Part shown: positions 10,210 to 22,369 of the stretch, one piece after another
Numbering within the stretch: the stretch's first letter is position 1
Layout of the letters: the number at the start of each line of letters is the position of its first letter
Made by a program: the position numbers and the translations under genes
Assembly (NCBI GenBank): GCA_904063045.1
Contig: CAJFCJ010000019.1
Span: 1,168,570 to 1,232,569 of the forward strand
Origin: Dimorphilus gyrociliatus
Taxonomy: Eukaryota; Animalia; Annelida
DNA length: 64,000 nt
Direction of reading: 5' to 3'
The notes under the pieces: model-generated
Told to the model about the DNA's origin: nothing
The model's input: the letters and a program-made list of their open reading frames with translations, nothing else
Databases searched by the model: none

Positions 10210-11597
10210 CTAATCACAACAAGGTTTCGTTTGGTGCTCATTCGTCAATAACTGACTGACAAATTCAGTGCTACTCTCTCTTCTGTGTAATTGCAGTGCA
10301 TCGTATTCGTGTTTTCTATTACGCAATACCAGCTTAGTCATTGAGATGAAAGCTTCTTCTATATTCTCGCAACTAACATTACTAGTCTCAAAGAAAGGTA
10401 TTGATAATTTTTCGGCAAGCTACAAAAACACAAAAACTAAAGTATGAGACTGTTTCGGCCATTTTTTCAATTATTACGCAATAATTAAAAAAATAGTAAT
10501 AAAATTAAAACCTTTTTGCCTTGGCTTTCGGTTACTGCCCTTTCAAGATCAGTTTTACTACCCAATAAGGTTAAGGCCACGTCTTCGTTAGCGCACTGTA
10601 ACCAAAGTAAAGTAACAATAAAAAATATACACTTGTTTATAGTTTACAATTCAAAAAAGGTGTTAAATTATATATCATATATCTTTTATATGGATGTATG
10701 GTTGTTATTTGTTACATATGCTTGCCTCTCGAACATTCTTAAACCATTTTGCAATGTTTCGAAAGCTTTTTTCGTTGGAAACATCATAGACTAGAAATAT
10801 TCCTTGAGCCCTTCTATAATATTGTTTCGTTAGAGATTCGTAGCGTTCTTGGCCGGCTGTATCCCTAATTAAATTAGCGTATGAGTAAAAGATAAATAAA
10901 GTTTAATTGAGTATCGAGTTAAAACAGCACGTTTTTTTTTCCTCTTTGCGGAAGAAACAGCTGCGGATAAATCGTCTCAGCTGCTTTTTTTGTAATAGAA
11001 AAAAACTAATAATTGATCTAGAATTAAACTATTTAACTAGAAAGGAATTTTTAGTTTGTTATAGGCCTAAATTGATGAGAGAGACAGAGAGAGAGAGAGA
11101 GAGGGGGGGCGAGGAGGAGGAGGAGAAGGGAGAGGGAGGCGGGGAAGTAAAAGTCCATCTTTATTTCTTTCCTCGATAATAACAATAATAATAATGGTAA
11201 TGAAAGAGTGAGAAATTGAATAATTTTAATTGGCCTACTTTTAGATAAATATAGAATAATAATTCCATTTGGATATTAATAAATAAGAATAATAACTAAA
11301 TACTAACCATATCTGCACACGAACTTGCTGACCATCTAAGTCGATGTTTCTCATTTGAAAATCGATTCCTGAACAGAAGGTGTAAAAGTAATAAATCATT
11401 TCATATAAATTATGTTATATATATAATATATATATATATAGGTAATAAAAAAAAGAGTATAATTTTATCAAACCTATAGTCGAATGATAATCCTTTCGAA
11501 AGTTATGATTAGCGAATCGTTGAATCATGCAAGTTTTACCTACTCCTGAATCTCCTACTAAGAGTAATTTAACGACAATATCAAATTGTTTGGCCAT
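10210..11597 (-). CDS. RAB15: Rab GTPase, RAB15-like, 5 exons, ends ...TKPCCD*
   Basis: Spliced: GDSGVGKT / [49 protein letters not shown] ([15 protein letters not shown] is as in RAB15) / [17 protein letters not shown] / [14 protein letters not shown]; C-terminal CC prenylation motif. Confidence 0.8.
11086..11148. repeat. (GA)n plus G-rich polypurine tract in a RAB15 intron
   Basis: Read directly. Confidence 0.8.
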
Positions 11598-12261
11598 AAT
11601 TTAGTTTTTATGATTTTGTCACACTCTCGTTTATTTTTTTTGTTATATATATAATATAGGTTATATATATTAAAGAAAATAAACAAAATATTTAATTGAC
11701 TATTTTATCTGGAATAAATACTAATCGTCTCATTTTGCAGAAGATTTTTTTTTTTTGCTGTAAAAGACGTACGGTATCTATACAAGTGCGTTTGTGACTG
11801 CACGTGTGTATGTATGTATGTATGTATGTGTGTCTGTATGTATTTATGTGTATGTATTTCGAACAATCTATACTGGGATACACACCTTAAATTTACAAAC
11901 GCTGATTGGTTGTTTAATTTGCATATAAGCAAAAAAAAAAAACTGCAAGAGCTTAAATGAGGTAGAGATAGATTGATAAAAAATAGGGATATAGATGTAT
12001 GTAGATAATGGGTGAAAAACTGACAGTTGTATGTCTATGTGGTTGAGATATAGGAAGTGACAGTGAGAGAGATAGAGACTGAGTGAGACAGAGGGAAAAA
12101 GGGAAGAGATAGATAATGCGAGAGGTAGAGAATTCAATTAACGACGTCTGTTTCTATCCATTATTTCTTCGCGTCTCAATCATTTATTTATTTAGTTACA
12201 AATTGCTTAAAATATCCCAGACTATAAAAAAACAAATTGTGATGATGTCTTTAAGTAAAAA

Positions 12262-15200
12262 CTACATTAATCTTTTTCTATTATCTGGAACATATCGACA
12301 TAAAAATGCAGCAGCGATCATTAAGATGGCACTGATGATTGCTGATGCTGAAGATGGCGCCTCACGAAAAGCGTTAACTCCTATAGACGCTCCCAAATGC
12401 TTTGATGCCCAGAGCAATCCAAGACCCGTAGTCCTGATGAGAATAGATGTGTATGATAAGGGCATATAATGCTCATTATGACAGTGCTTATTATAAACTT
12501 ACCGAACTTCAGTCGGAAATGCCTCGACGCCGTGAAGCAGTAGAAGGGTAACGAGAAAGGCTAAAAGAGCTGAGAAAATGCTTTGAACTATAAAAGAAGA
12601 CGCCTCGTTGACGGTGGTAACGAATTGTAAAAGGGAGACGAAAGCCGAGAAGATAAAGACCGCTTCTGTAAACGAATAAACAACGTTTTAGAAGCTTTTT
12701 CTCATGTAAAAGGATTAGACACCGTTTTTCGTCTAACGTTGATATATATAACGCACGCCAGCGTTAGATACTCACGCAGTAACTTCACTCGAAAGCCACT
12801 GTTTAATAAGAGAGTAGCGAAAAACGCCCCAGAAATCGCAACGGCGTTAACGATGACTTGCATAGTTAACGATTCCACTCTATAACTATCACTATGTAGA
12901 AAATCTCCACAATGCATCCTATCCCCAATGAATTTAGCATCTTCAAAGTGGCAATTGTCAAACACTGAAGCAGAATTAAAATCAGTATTTTGAAAATTCA
13001 GTTTCGTGAATGACGATTCAATAAAGTGGAGTTGAACACTTGAGATATCGATAAAAGATGCATTTCTGAATGAACAATTAGTAAATGTTGAAAACATCAT
13101 CTGAATAGATTCAAAACGGCAATTCTCGAATGTTGAATTGATGAAATTGTTATGCGAAATATCGTTTGAAAATCGCTTGTCGAAGTAATTTTCATTCAAA
13201 AATGTCGTATACTCCATCTGATTGAAATGTGATCTGATTGTATTCGATTGGGCTGACGACAGGAGAGCGTGCAAACTGGAAATTAAAGAAAAATATACGA
13301 GAGATAGGCGGATCGAGGCTAAAAGCGGCTTACCCGAGGGAAGAAAGACAGAATATTGCCGTCAATGATAATGTGCTTGACGTATGAGGTTTGTAGATTA
13401 CCGACAAGAACGACGGCCAAAACTGTAATAGAGCAACAATAAAGCAGTTCATCTTAATTGATAAGAATTTAAAGCATTCATATTATATTATATAGGTATG
13501 CAAGTAAATTATAGAAAACTTATTACGTTCTCGAGAGCACTCAATGTCCTGGAGAGGGACCCTGTCGACGAATCTTTGCTTCTTATTGCCGTCTTTCTCG
13601 GATCAGCCTCTTCCAATTCGGGCAGCTGTAGAGGAATAAATTTTCTTTCCTTTCCTGCCTTTCATATATATTCTATCATTGCTCTTTTTAAAGACTTACC
13701 CAAATTATCGATTCTATTTCTTGAATAGCCTGATTTTATAATAGGAAGAGAAGTAATAAGAAAATATATTGTCATTAAAATATGCACTAATTTAGATGAG
13801 GGAAGGGGTGGGAAACTCTTCTCAGAAAGAAAACAAGAGCGAATTGGGTCAAGATATGCAAAAGTATTAAGAAAGTCATTTAAAACGAATTAATATTCAT
13901 TAGAACTTTATTTACCTTGTTCACCTGATTCTCTGATTCTCCACTATTATTCTTTGTAAATAGCATTCTATAAACCTTTTTCGCTTCCATATCTCGTCCA
14001 ATTTGCAATAAGTAACGCGCACTTTCGACGCCGCAACAGAAGAGGAGAAGAGCGCTGCATAAGCACAATATTAGGCAAGCGACGAGGAGCATTTTCCAAG
14101 CGTCTTCAACTTCTCCTGCATATTGACGAACAATTAATAACCATATCCGGGGTTAAAGGGGTGGGACGGATGTGTTTTGTACCGATTGTAAATATTAAGG
14201 TTAGGGAGGATATAAATGTTGAACCAACAAATGCGTTTAATACGTAGAAGCCGACCAAACTATCTCTTTGGTTCTGAGGAGTAAATTCGGCAAGTAGACT
14301 AACGGCTAATGGCGTTATTGCAGACGCCCTAGAAGACGAAAGGTTGAGATATTTATTGTTGATATTTTTAGAACGTTAGAAAGGGTTAAGGTCAAACTTT
14401 ATATACCCGATAGATGAGCAGACAGAGAAGAGGATAAATAGGGTAAAGTTGGATGAGATTGCCGACATTGCTGTGAAGAAAATGTGTATTGCCAGCAGGA
14501 GAAGAAGAGATTGTCTTCTCCCCGTTCGATCTGCCAAAGTACCCGCTGTACAGCAAGACAGTATCATCATTACAGTAGTTGTTGCGCCTGTTGGAGATGA
14601 AAGATATAAAATGATTAATATGTGTGAAAAATAAATATTCGTATTTCTCAGCGCGTACAGTATATTACATATAGGCCTATGGATTAAAATATAGAGCCTA
14701 AATGACGGTACACAGGAAACGGTCTCCCCCGGGTGTTAATGACAGTGCAATCATTCAATTCGAACAGAGTAGGTGGCGCTGCCCACTCGCACTTTGAGAC
14801 GGCGTCACTTCCTAGCCGAACGATGGGTATAAAACGTCATATTGTATACTGCCAACTGCTATTCGGATGGTTCATATTAAACGCAGCGGCTTTTTGGGCG
14901 GTATTCACACCAGCATTTGCCCATATGTTGGATTTAGGAGATGCTCTAATCGAACGAAGAGAAAAGTTTGTTGTCTTTGGCCTATGGGTATTGGCCGAGG
15001 TCATTGTCTTCTTTGTTCTACTCGTTACAGCCACCGTTTTATTATGCGCGTGCCGAGATCTTCCATCATCCGCTCCGTAAGTACATAATTCGATAAGGCT
15101 TGTTTCTTAGGAGAAAAACGGATTTACGAAAAAGAAAATAAAAAAAATAGGATTAAAACAAAAAAAATGCTTCTGCAAAAGGTAGGAACTTAAGCTGTAT

Positions 15201-17626
15201 AAAATATAGTAGCAAATATAAAAAATCTAAAGAAGGAAGGGTTAAAGGAGGAGGAGGAAAAGAGAGTGGAAAACGCCCTTTCATCTATTTTCCGCTTTGA
15301 TTTCGACCGAGACGGCGACTGACCAAGATCTTAATGCAGTTTGAGTTGTTTACCGTAGGCGCGCTTCGATTCTCGCCTATCCGCTTCAGAATCTTGTTCG
15401 TCTTAATACAAACCTATAAAACTCCGCACGCATCTCCTTTAGTATATTCATTCTTTTTGTTCGTTTATATTTATCTTATCCGTGTAGCTGTTATTTTGAG
15501 GTGTTTGGTGCATTTGTTTAGCTTAGACTAAGCTCACTAGACTTTCCTTTAGAACACGGTCGCTTTATTGAGACAAGTTGTATAAAGACTCATTATTATA
15601 ATGAATGCAATAGAAGTAATAAACTTTGGAAAGGACAGTCGATGAGATTTCTTTCCCACATCTTCCTTTGCATTCCGTATTACTCAGCAGGTGTGAAAGT
15701 ACTTAAGGCAATTAGGCACTGGGCTAGTGTATTTCGGCCTTTACAAGATTCTTATGAGGGAGGATATTCTTTTCTCTTTTTTTCGGTGCCCCCCTGACGA
15801 AAGTTCTTAGGCGGAAAACGATGATTGATGGTGGAGGGCGAAGGGAAAAATCTATCGGCTATAATCGGCCGGAGCTTTGCTTTGGGTCGGCTAATGAAAT
15901 AGCTAAGTGAATTAGGCGTCGGCGAGAAATTCGAACCGACGCAACATTTTCTTTCCGTAAAAAGCGTCTCCTCGTCTTTACGCTCCGCCGAGCGAAAAGA
16001 ACGACGAGAGAAAAAGAAAAAAGGGATGATCGGGATGTAAAGTATAAAGAAAATATCAAGAAGAAAAAGAACTAACACACAAAGCGAAAACGAAATACTA
16101 AGAAAATGGGAAGGGGAATAGAAAAAGAACCAAGGAAGAAAGGAAAAGCACTGGAAAGCATTGATCGCCTTTATAGTTTTTTCCATATAACGAGTCAACG
16201 TTCGCCTAGGCCGGCAAATTGCGTTTTTTTCGTAAAGCGAACCGGCCCTGCAAACAAAACGCCCGGATAAAGTAATTTATTTAAGTCGTTCAATGTAGTT
16301 TTCCAAACGACTGCGTCATATATTCGACGCTCTCCTTTTATATATATATATAAATTTTTTCCATATTTTCTCTAGTTTGGCCCATCTCATAGCCGATCCG
16401 TCAATTGCTGCTTTGGCAACAAGCCTTTTTGTGGTTGTCAGAGGCATGCCGAAGGCCACCCAACTACAAAAGTGTACAGCATTAAATGGCAGTAGTAGCA
16501 GTGACATTGCTATTGGCGGAGGGAATTTGGACGCTTGGTGCTCTCTTGTATTACAAGGCGGTCAACGGCCAAGGAATGGTGAAGTTTACTTTTTGGTAAA
16601 AAAAAACCAATTTGCCTTGTCGTATTATCTAACGTATCTGGAAATAAATCGTTCTTTTTTTTTTTACTCCCTAAATAGCGTCACTGGATTACTGTAGTCC
16701 AACTTGCCGTCCTGCTTCCACCAGCCATCCGATTCACTCACTTTCGATGGCGTATGAAGTTCGAGCAATTCGTCGTTACTGCCTTCTGGAATTTATTGCA
16801 CGCCATTGATGCAGCGTCCTTTGCCGAATCGCTCATCCGTTTCGCCTATGTCGATCAAAGTTTGAGCAATGCGGGCAGAGTGGTCTGTTGTATGACTGTT
16901 TTAATTATCTCAATTGGCAGTATCTCAGCTGCCATTCCTCCTATCTACAGAGGTGAGAAGGCCTTCATAGGTTACGTGCAAATTCTATTGGCTTGTGGAG
17001 CTGCCTTACTCGATCTACCACTATTTTCGATACGGTCCTTATATCTTTCCCGTTTACCGCCTGCAAATGGACTGTTTTTCCTTTTTCTTTTTAAAGAGTT
17101 TGTAGGGGTTGTTGCCGGTATTGCTGCTCTCACTTGTACAGGAATAGAAAGGCTAGCGTCGTCTCATAAAACTCCTCCACAGGATGAGTACGAAGCTCTC
17201 ATCGACTGCGAGGAAGAAATGGCCCATGACGGCTTAGAGGATATAGAGGGAGAAGAAGAGGACGATGATGAGGATGATATAGAGGATGACGACTCACTTC
17301 TCGATAAGATTGTAGAAGAGGATTACGTTTAGAAAATACTTACTATACGCCGTCTGCCGAGAATATGTCAGACATAAAGGAAGATGTCCGAGTAGCTCCA
17401 GAGATGAATGAAAAACGTTGGAATGTAGCAGATAGGCTGAGAACGATAAAGCGGTTATCAGGAGACACTGTAATCTCCCGAAACCGGCGGCCAGCATAGC
17501 TTTTTCGTGAACTTCGCTGATAACGTCGCCGTTGCTGCTGGTTTCTTCCCGTCCATTCTCCTTTCCACCATAATCACTTTGTTTACCACGTTCAAATAGC
17601 GCTTCTTCTTCCCGTTCCTCCGCCAT
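12262..17626 (-). CDS. SV2: Synaptic vesicle glycoprotein 2-like MFS protein with pentapeptide-repeat luminal loop; first intron 14588-17343
   Basis: Exons give HEKAMLAAGFGRLQ / GTLADRTGRRQSLL / AEFTPQNQR / WKMLL...VESARYLLQIGR / F-spaced pentapeptide repeats (NFINSTFENCRFESIQMMFSTFTNCSFRNASF) / EAFPTEVRTTGLG / PDNRKRLM* (cf. SV2 PETREQVLM*). Confidence 0.8.
14739..17332 (+). CDS. TMEM26/TMEM121-family multi-pass membrane protein with acidic tail, nested antisense in SV2 intron 1; exons 14739(or 14823)-15076, 16376-16595, 16679-17332
   Basis: Three phase-compatible exons give 375-403 aa; WITVVQLAVLLPPAIRF, HAIDAASFAESL and LLDLPLFSIR...FLFKEF parallel TMEM26 WTLGLHQ..GRW, AADILEF and QDGPFLVVR...FAAKN. 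Confidence 0.65.
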
Positions 17627-18081
17627 TGATATTAATGTTTCTCTCTCTGGCTCACGCAGCTGTTAAGCGACAGATGCGATTGAATCAATTTTTTCTTTGC
17701 CAAGAGCCGGAGAGACGCGTCGTATATTTTATTTACCAATTCCGTCTTCCTTATTTTTGCTTTCACCTCGAACTTGTTAATAGTTATTATTAGAAAAAAA
17801 AGAACGAAATATGAAGAGGATATCAGATTAGGAGGTGGAGAACACGCGATCCCCAATTTGTCGCTACATTCATTATTTATAAAAACGTAAAACTCTCTTA
17901 AAAGCTCGATCTCTGAAACGTCCACGCTGTTGATTTATTTTCAAGCATCTTTATAAGTACTACTCATTTTTTCAAAATAATATCAATGTGAACTGATACA
18001 AAAAATAACAATAAAAAATGATATTTAAATCTATTATTTTTCGTCTTTAAAATTTGCAGAAAAAATTGGACGTTAAATACA

Positions 18082-18699
18082 TTAAACGTCTAAAGTTGAT
18101 TTTACAGTTCTCGACGCAATAGACGTGAAAATGTTGACGAAGAATTTAAGTCCCGTATGACCACCGGGAATATAACTAATAAAGTACCATACTAAAGCAA
18201 GTAGTTGCGATGATGCGAATATTACTGTAAAGATGGTGCTCTTCATCCAGGCTGCACAATAAATTGTCCCTAGCAATGTAATGAAATAGCTTAGAGTAAA
18301 CGGCAGACGTTCGACGGCAATCAAATGTTGGAAATGTTTGCGAGGTCCCCAAAGACAAGAGAAACTGCCTATGATGAATAAACTGCCTAAGGTATAGAGC
18401 AGTGCGAATTTTCTAGCTTTCAACAATAGAAACGGAATATATAAGCTGGCTAGAGAAAGGCAGAAGGTCCCCAGCAGGAAACACAAAATGAAACCAATTG
18501 CTCGTTGCTTTCTAGACAAACTTGGGCAATCTAAATATGAAGGTGAGTTGTAGACTGAAGAATCTTTTTCTGAGCTAAACGCGCTCTTCACATTCGATAC
18601 TAAAGCAGTTCCCCCAACATTAAAGCTCGGTAATGACGATGATTTCTTTGAGGAATCGAAATAATTTTTTAATTTATCTATATTTGACGTTTCTGCCAT
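18082..18699 (-). CDS. SFT2D3: Vesicle transport protein SFT2C
   Basis: SLSRKQRAIGF...KARKFALLYTLGSLF...ERLPFT...WYFISYIPGGHTGLKFF; single exon. Confidence 0.9.
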   Translation of the reverse strand: MAETSNIDKLKNYFDSSKKSSSLPSFNVGGTALVSNVKSAFSSEKDSSVYNSPSYLDCPSLSRKQRAIGFILCFLLGTFCLSLASLYIPFLLLKARKFALLYTLGSLFIIGSFSCLWGPRKHFQHLIAVERLPFTLSYFITLLGTIYCAAWMKSTIFTVIFASSQLLALVWYFISYIPGGHTGLKFFVNIFTSIASRTVKSTLDV

Positions 18700-18885
18700 C
18701 GTTCTATACGAAATAGTACGTTAAGAACTCTGCGGAAACTGGTATTAAAACTTGCACTAAATACGAAAATTGGCAAATGCGGTGGGCAGCAGCAACGACA
18801 GTAAAATAAAAGAAGCAAAAAAAATGTCTGTAGGAAATAAAATATTAAATAATATATCAGTTTATGTTTCTTGAGTAGTATGTGA

Positions 18886-21800
18886 CTATGTTTCAGAAGG
18901 AAGAAGAATCCTTGAGGCGATATCCGAACGGCACAATGGACAAAGTATTAACGGCTTAGAACAAGCCTGACAGCAGCACACATGTCCACAGTTTAAGAAT
19001 ATAATTTGGGCCTAATTGAATAGAGAAAGAAGTAGAATGATGATAATAAAAAAAAAATTATTTCATTAAGACAGATGAAATCTTACCCGAGAATCCAGAC
19101 AAATAGCACATTGTGCCGTCATTCTCGTAACTATTTCTTCTGGTTGTGATGGTAGTGGATCGCTAGAAACTACTTGGTTTAATCGAGGAGCGCTAGGAAG
19201 GGCAGGAATCGTCGAGATAGACGTTGTTTTTTCGCTAGCCTTCTCTTTTACTTTTGATTGATATTGGCGGGAAAATTTAAGAATTGTTCTTCTGACTTCT
19301 TCCGATTCTATACCGATCTGTTTTGTAAAAGGAGAAAGGGAATTTTTTCAAGCAGCAATAACAATTATTTGCTCCATATTTACCCCTCTCAAGTCAGCAT
19401 CACCCATACCAAGTAGGTTGTTGAAATTTCTAACATTGTTCTGTGCTAATAGAGGCACGTATTCGCTTGCTCCACATTCCAATAGGAAATCCATAAGTTG
19501 AGGATCCATTTCTAGTTCTTTATTCAATATTATTTCCGGTTTCCTTTGTAACAATCTGCGAAGTGGTCACAAAGTGATATAGCAGCTCAGCTTTTAGCAT
19601 TTTTAAGTCTACCTTTGATATTGTACAAGCCAATAATTCACTTGATTGTCTTCCTTACTTTCTTCCATTTCGATCAGGCGTTGTCCGAGTTCGTTTTTGC
19701 GCTTATCCCTCTCGGTGATTAGCGACTGAAGGAGGTCTATCATATTCTTGCGTTTCAACTCCAAAGTGTTCTTTTACAAAAGACAAATTAATGCAAAAGC
19801 AGTTAATAATCGAAGTAACCTTAGTAACGTATTATATATGCTTATTCTAATAATATGATTAAAACTTTATAAGAGGAAAATATCTTACTATTATATTATC
19901 CGTTCTCATTTCCTTTTGCTTCATTTCTAACCAGGATAATTCGGAAAGTTCCTTTTCAATGGTTTCAATTTGTTGTGATATACGGTTATATCTCGTATCA
20001 TTTTGCAGTTGTAAAACCCCAAAAAGTCTCTTTTGTACACTTTCCTCCTCTAACAACCCACGAATGAATTTATCTTGATCGTTATCTTTCTCCTCGTAGA
20101 ATCTTTTGAGTTGATTATCAAAGTTTGAAGAACTATACGTGTTAAAAAAAAAAGGGAAATAAGAGTAACTTTCATAAGCATTTCTTTTGTTAAGGGGACA
20201 ATTATAAGAAATTGTATTACTCCTGTAAGTATTCATTGACGGTTGCACTTCTATGCGATACGTTGCTGTCTAATATACTTTTCAATAATGCGTTTTCTCT
20301 AACCATATCAGTCATAGAGTTTAATATTTCATGTCTTCTTATTTTGTCAGATTCCTCATTTTGAACGAGAAACAAACTTTCTTTCTCTATTCTGTGAAAA
20401 GATTAATTAACGTCCTTAGAAAAAATAAAGAGACTAGGATTAAAGATAAGGTCATCACCTATCTTTTTCTAATTCTTCCAGAAGACTTTCTTTTCTTCTA
20501 GACTTCTCTCCCATTTCCATTAGTTGGTTTAAAACGTCATCCGAATGCTTTTCAACTATTTAATTAAAAGTTGTCAACGAATTAATCGTTGTCATGTTTT
20601 TATTTTATAGAATTACCTTCGCCCAAAATTTTGTGCCAATCGGTTCTCTCTTTATCTTTCGTTTCGTGCAACATATTTAGTTTTTCTTCTATTTGATTAT
20701 TTTCCTAATAGTATAAATCTATTTATTATGGAAATGAGTAGAATATTAAAGAGAAAAAAACCTGCAAAACACTACTAAGTAAGTGTCGTCTCTCTGAAGC
20801 AGAACTGGTAAATCGAGAAACATGCAATTCTTGTTCTTCCTTAATTTGTCTTTCCAATTCAATTCTTTGTCGCCTTTTCTCGTCGGCGTCATTGTATTTG
20901 GCTCTAATAATTTGGTCTACCTTGGTTAAGCCATCATTCATAACGTTACTACTCGATTCGCCAACGTGACTATTTTTCAAAATAGGTAATAAAACTGTCG
21001 TAGGTTGTACATATTCTATTGAGCATTCGGCGCATAAAAATTTCATAATAGGTTCAGTTCCACTGGCGCAGATTTCAGGGGGAGGATAGACAAACTTGTC
21101 GGCATTTAACAATAAACTCTCAAGAGTCTTTATATAAGCAACAATCTTAGGTAAACGAGCAATAGACTCATTTTCCCGAATATCCATTAGCCTTAGACTC
21201 ACCAATCCGTCGAGCGAGTCCGGTAACTGCTTTAGTTTGTTTGCTGGAAAGGTTTTATGTGACGATTTAATAAATGCGTGACTGAATTGGAGAATGCTTA
21301 CATTTTAAATTTAGAGTTTGCAGAGAACATAGTTTTCCTATCGATGGTGGTAATTCAATTAGTTGATTATTCTCTAAGTTAAGTATTTGTAGTGAGGTTA
21401 GATAAGATATTTCGTTTGGTAACTTAACCAGCCGATTTTGATGCAAGTCCAAAATCTGTGGAAACAAAATGGGACAAAATGAATCATTGAGAAAATTAAT
21501 AATACAATAGTGGACTTTTATACAATAAGCAATAAAGAATTGGTACAATCCAGATCTAACAAAAGATTGGGATTAATTATTTTTTCACCCACCCTAAGTC
21601 TTTGTAAATCTTTCAATGAACCTCCTCCGTCTAAAGACTTGATAAAATTCGAATGAGCCAGAAGCACCTGAGACGTAATTAGAAGTGATTTTAATTAATT
21701 TATCAGATTATTTCCTTATGCTCAACTTACCTCTTTCTGCAAAACTTTACATAAAGGGTACACCCCGGATGGAACCTGCGGACGTTTTTATGATTATTTC

Positions 21801-22062
21801 ATATAAAAATGTTGAATAAAAAACAAGCATATAAAAACGCAAACATGGTTGATTTCGCAATCGGATATGTCGTAGTTTCCATCGGGATTTTCTCGTGCCT
21901 GATGTAAATAAAATTTGCAATTTAATATAGTTTCAGTCAAAATAATCTTTAATTTATATATAAAAAAGAGTGATTTATATATACATAAACACTTACTAAA
22001 AATAACTTATGTTCTAATTTTCTATTTGATTTTTCATGTTTCTTTTTACCAAACAGCGGCAT
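18886..22062 (-). CDS. LRSAM1: E3 ubiquitin ligase LRSAM1 (LRR, coiled coil, SAM, RING)
   Basis: Start MPLFGKKK...RKLEHKLFL; CKVLQKE; LRRs; [20 protein letters not shown]; SAM-like exon; last exon [31 protein letters not shown]. Confidence 0.92.
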
Positions 22063-22369
22063 ATTGTTTCTTTAGAGCTTATTAAAAAAATATATTATTA
22101 TATCATTTATAAACATTATCCTATAAGAAATTATCGTAAGATAACTGGTTTTGGTTAATATTAACCAAAAGACCAATAGCGACATCTGTTTCCTATTTTG
22201 TTTTTAGTATTAGGTTGGAAATCTTGCACGGGAATTTTTTCAATACGTTAAAGCCACAACCTTAAGGAGTATTGAACTTATATATTGACGTTTGAATACG
22301 ATTTTCTCACTAGAATGGTTGGAGTTAGTATGAGTACACGTGTCAGCTTTCTCGTAAACCGAATAAACT

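Noticed and set aside
16481-16490. Possible +1 frameshift or assembly error joining two hydrophobic frames in TMEM26-like exon 2
   Set aside because: The donor at 16596 keeps the main frame open and fits the TMEM26 layout, so no frameshift is needed; the second frame is reported separately as a dual-frame candidate.
17632-17925. 97-aa ORF ending 6 nt before the SV2 ATG
   Set aside because: GTG start and no recognisable motif; probably SV2 5' leader or promoter sequence.
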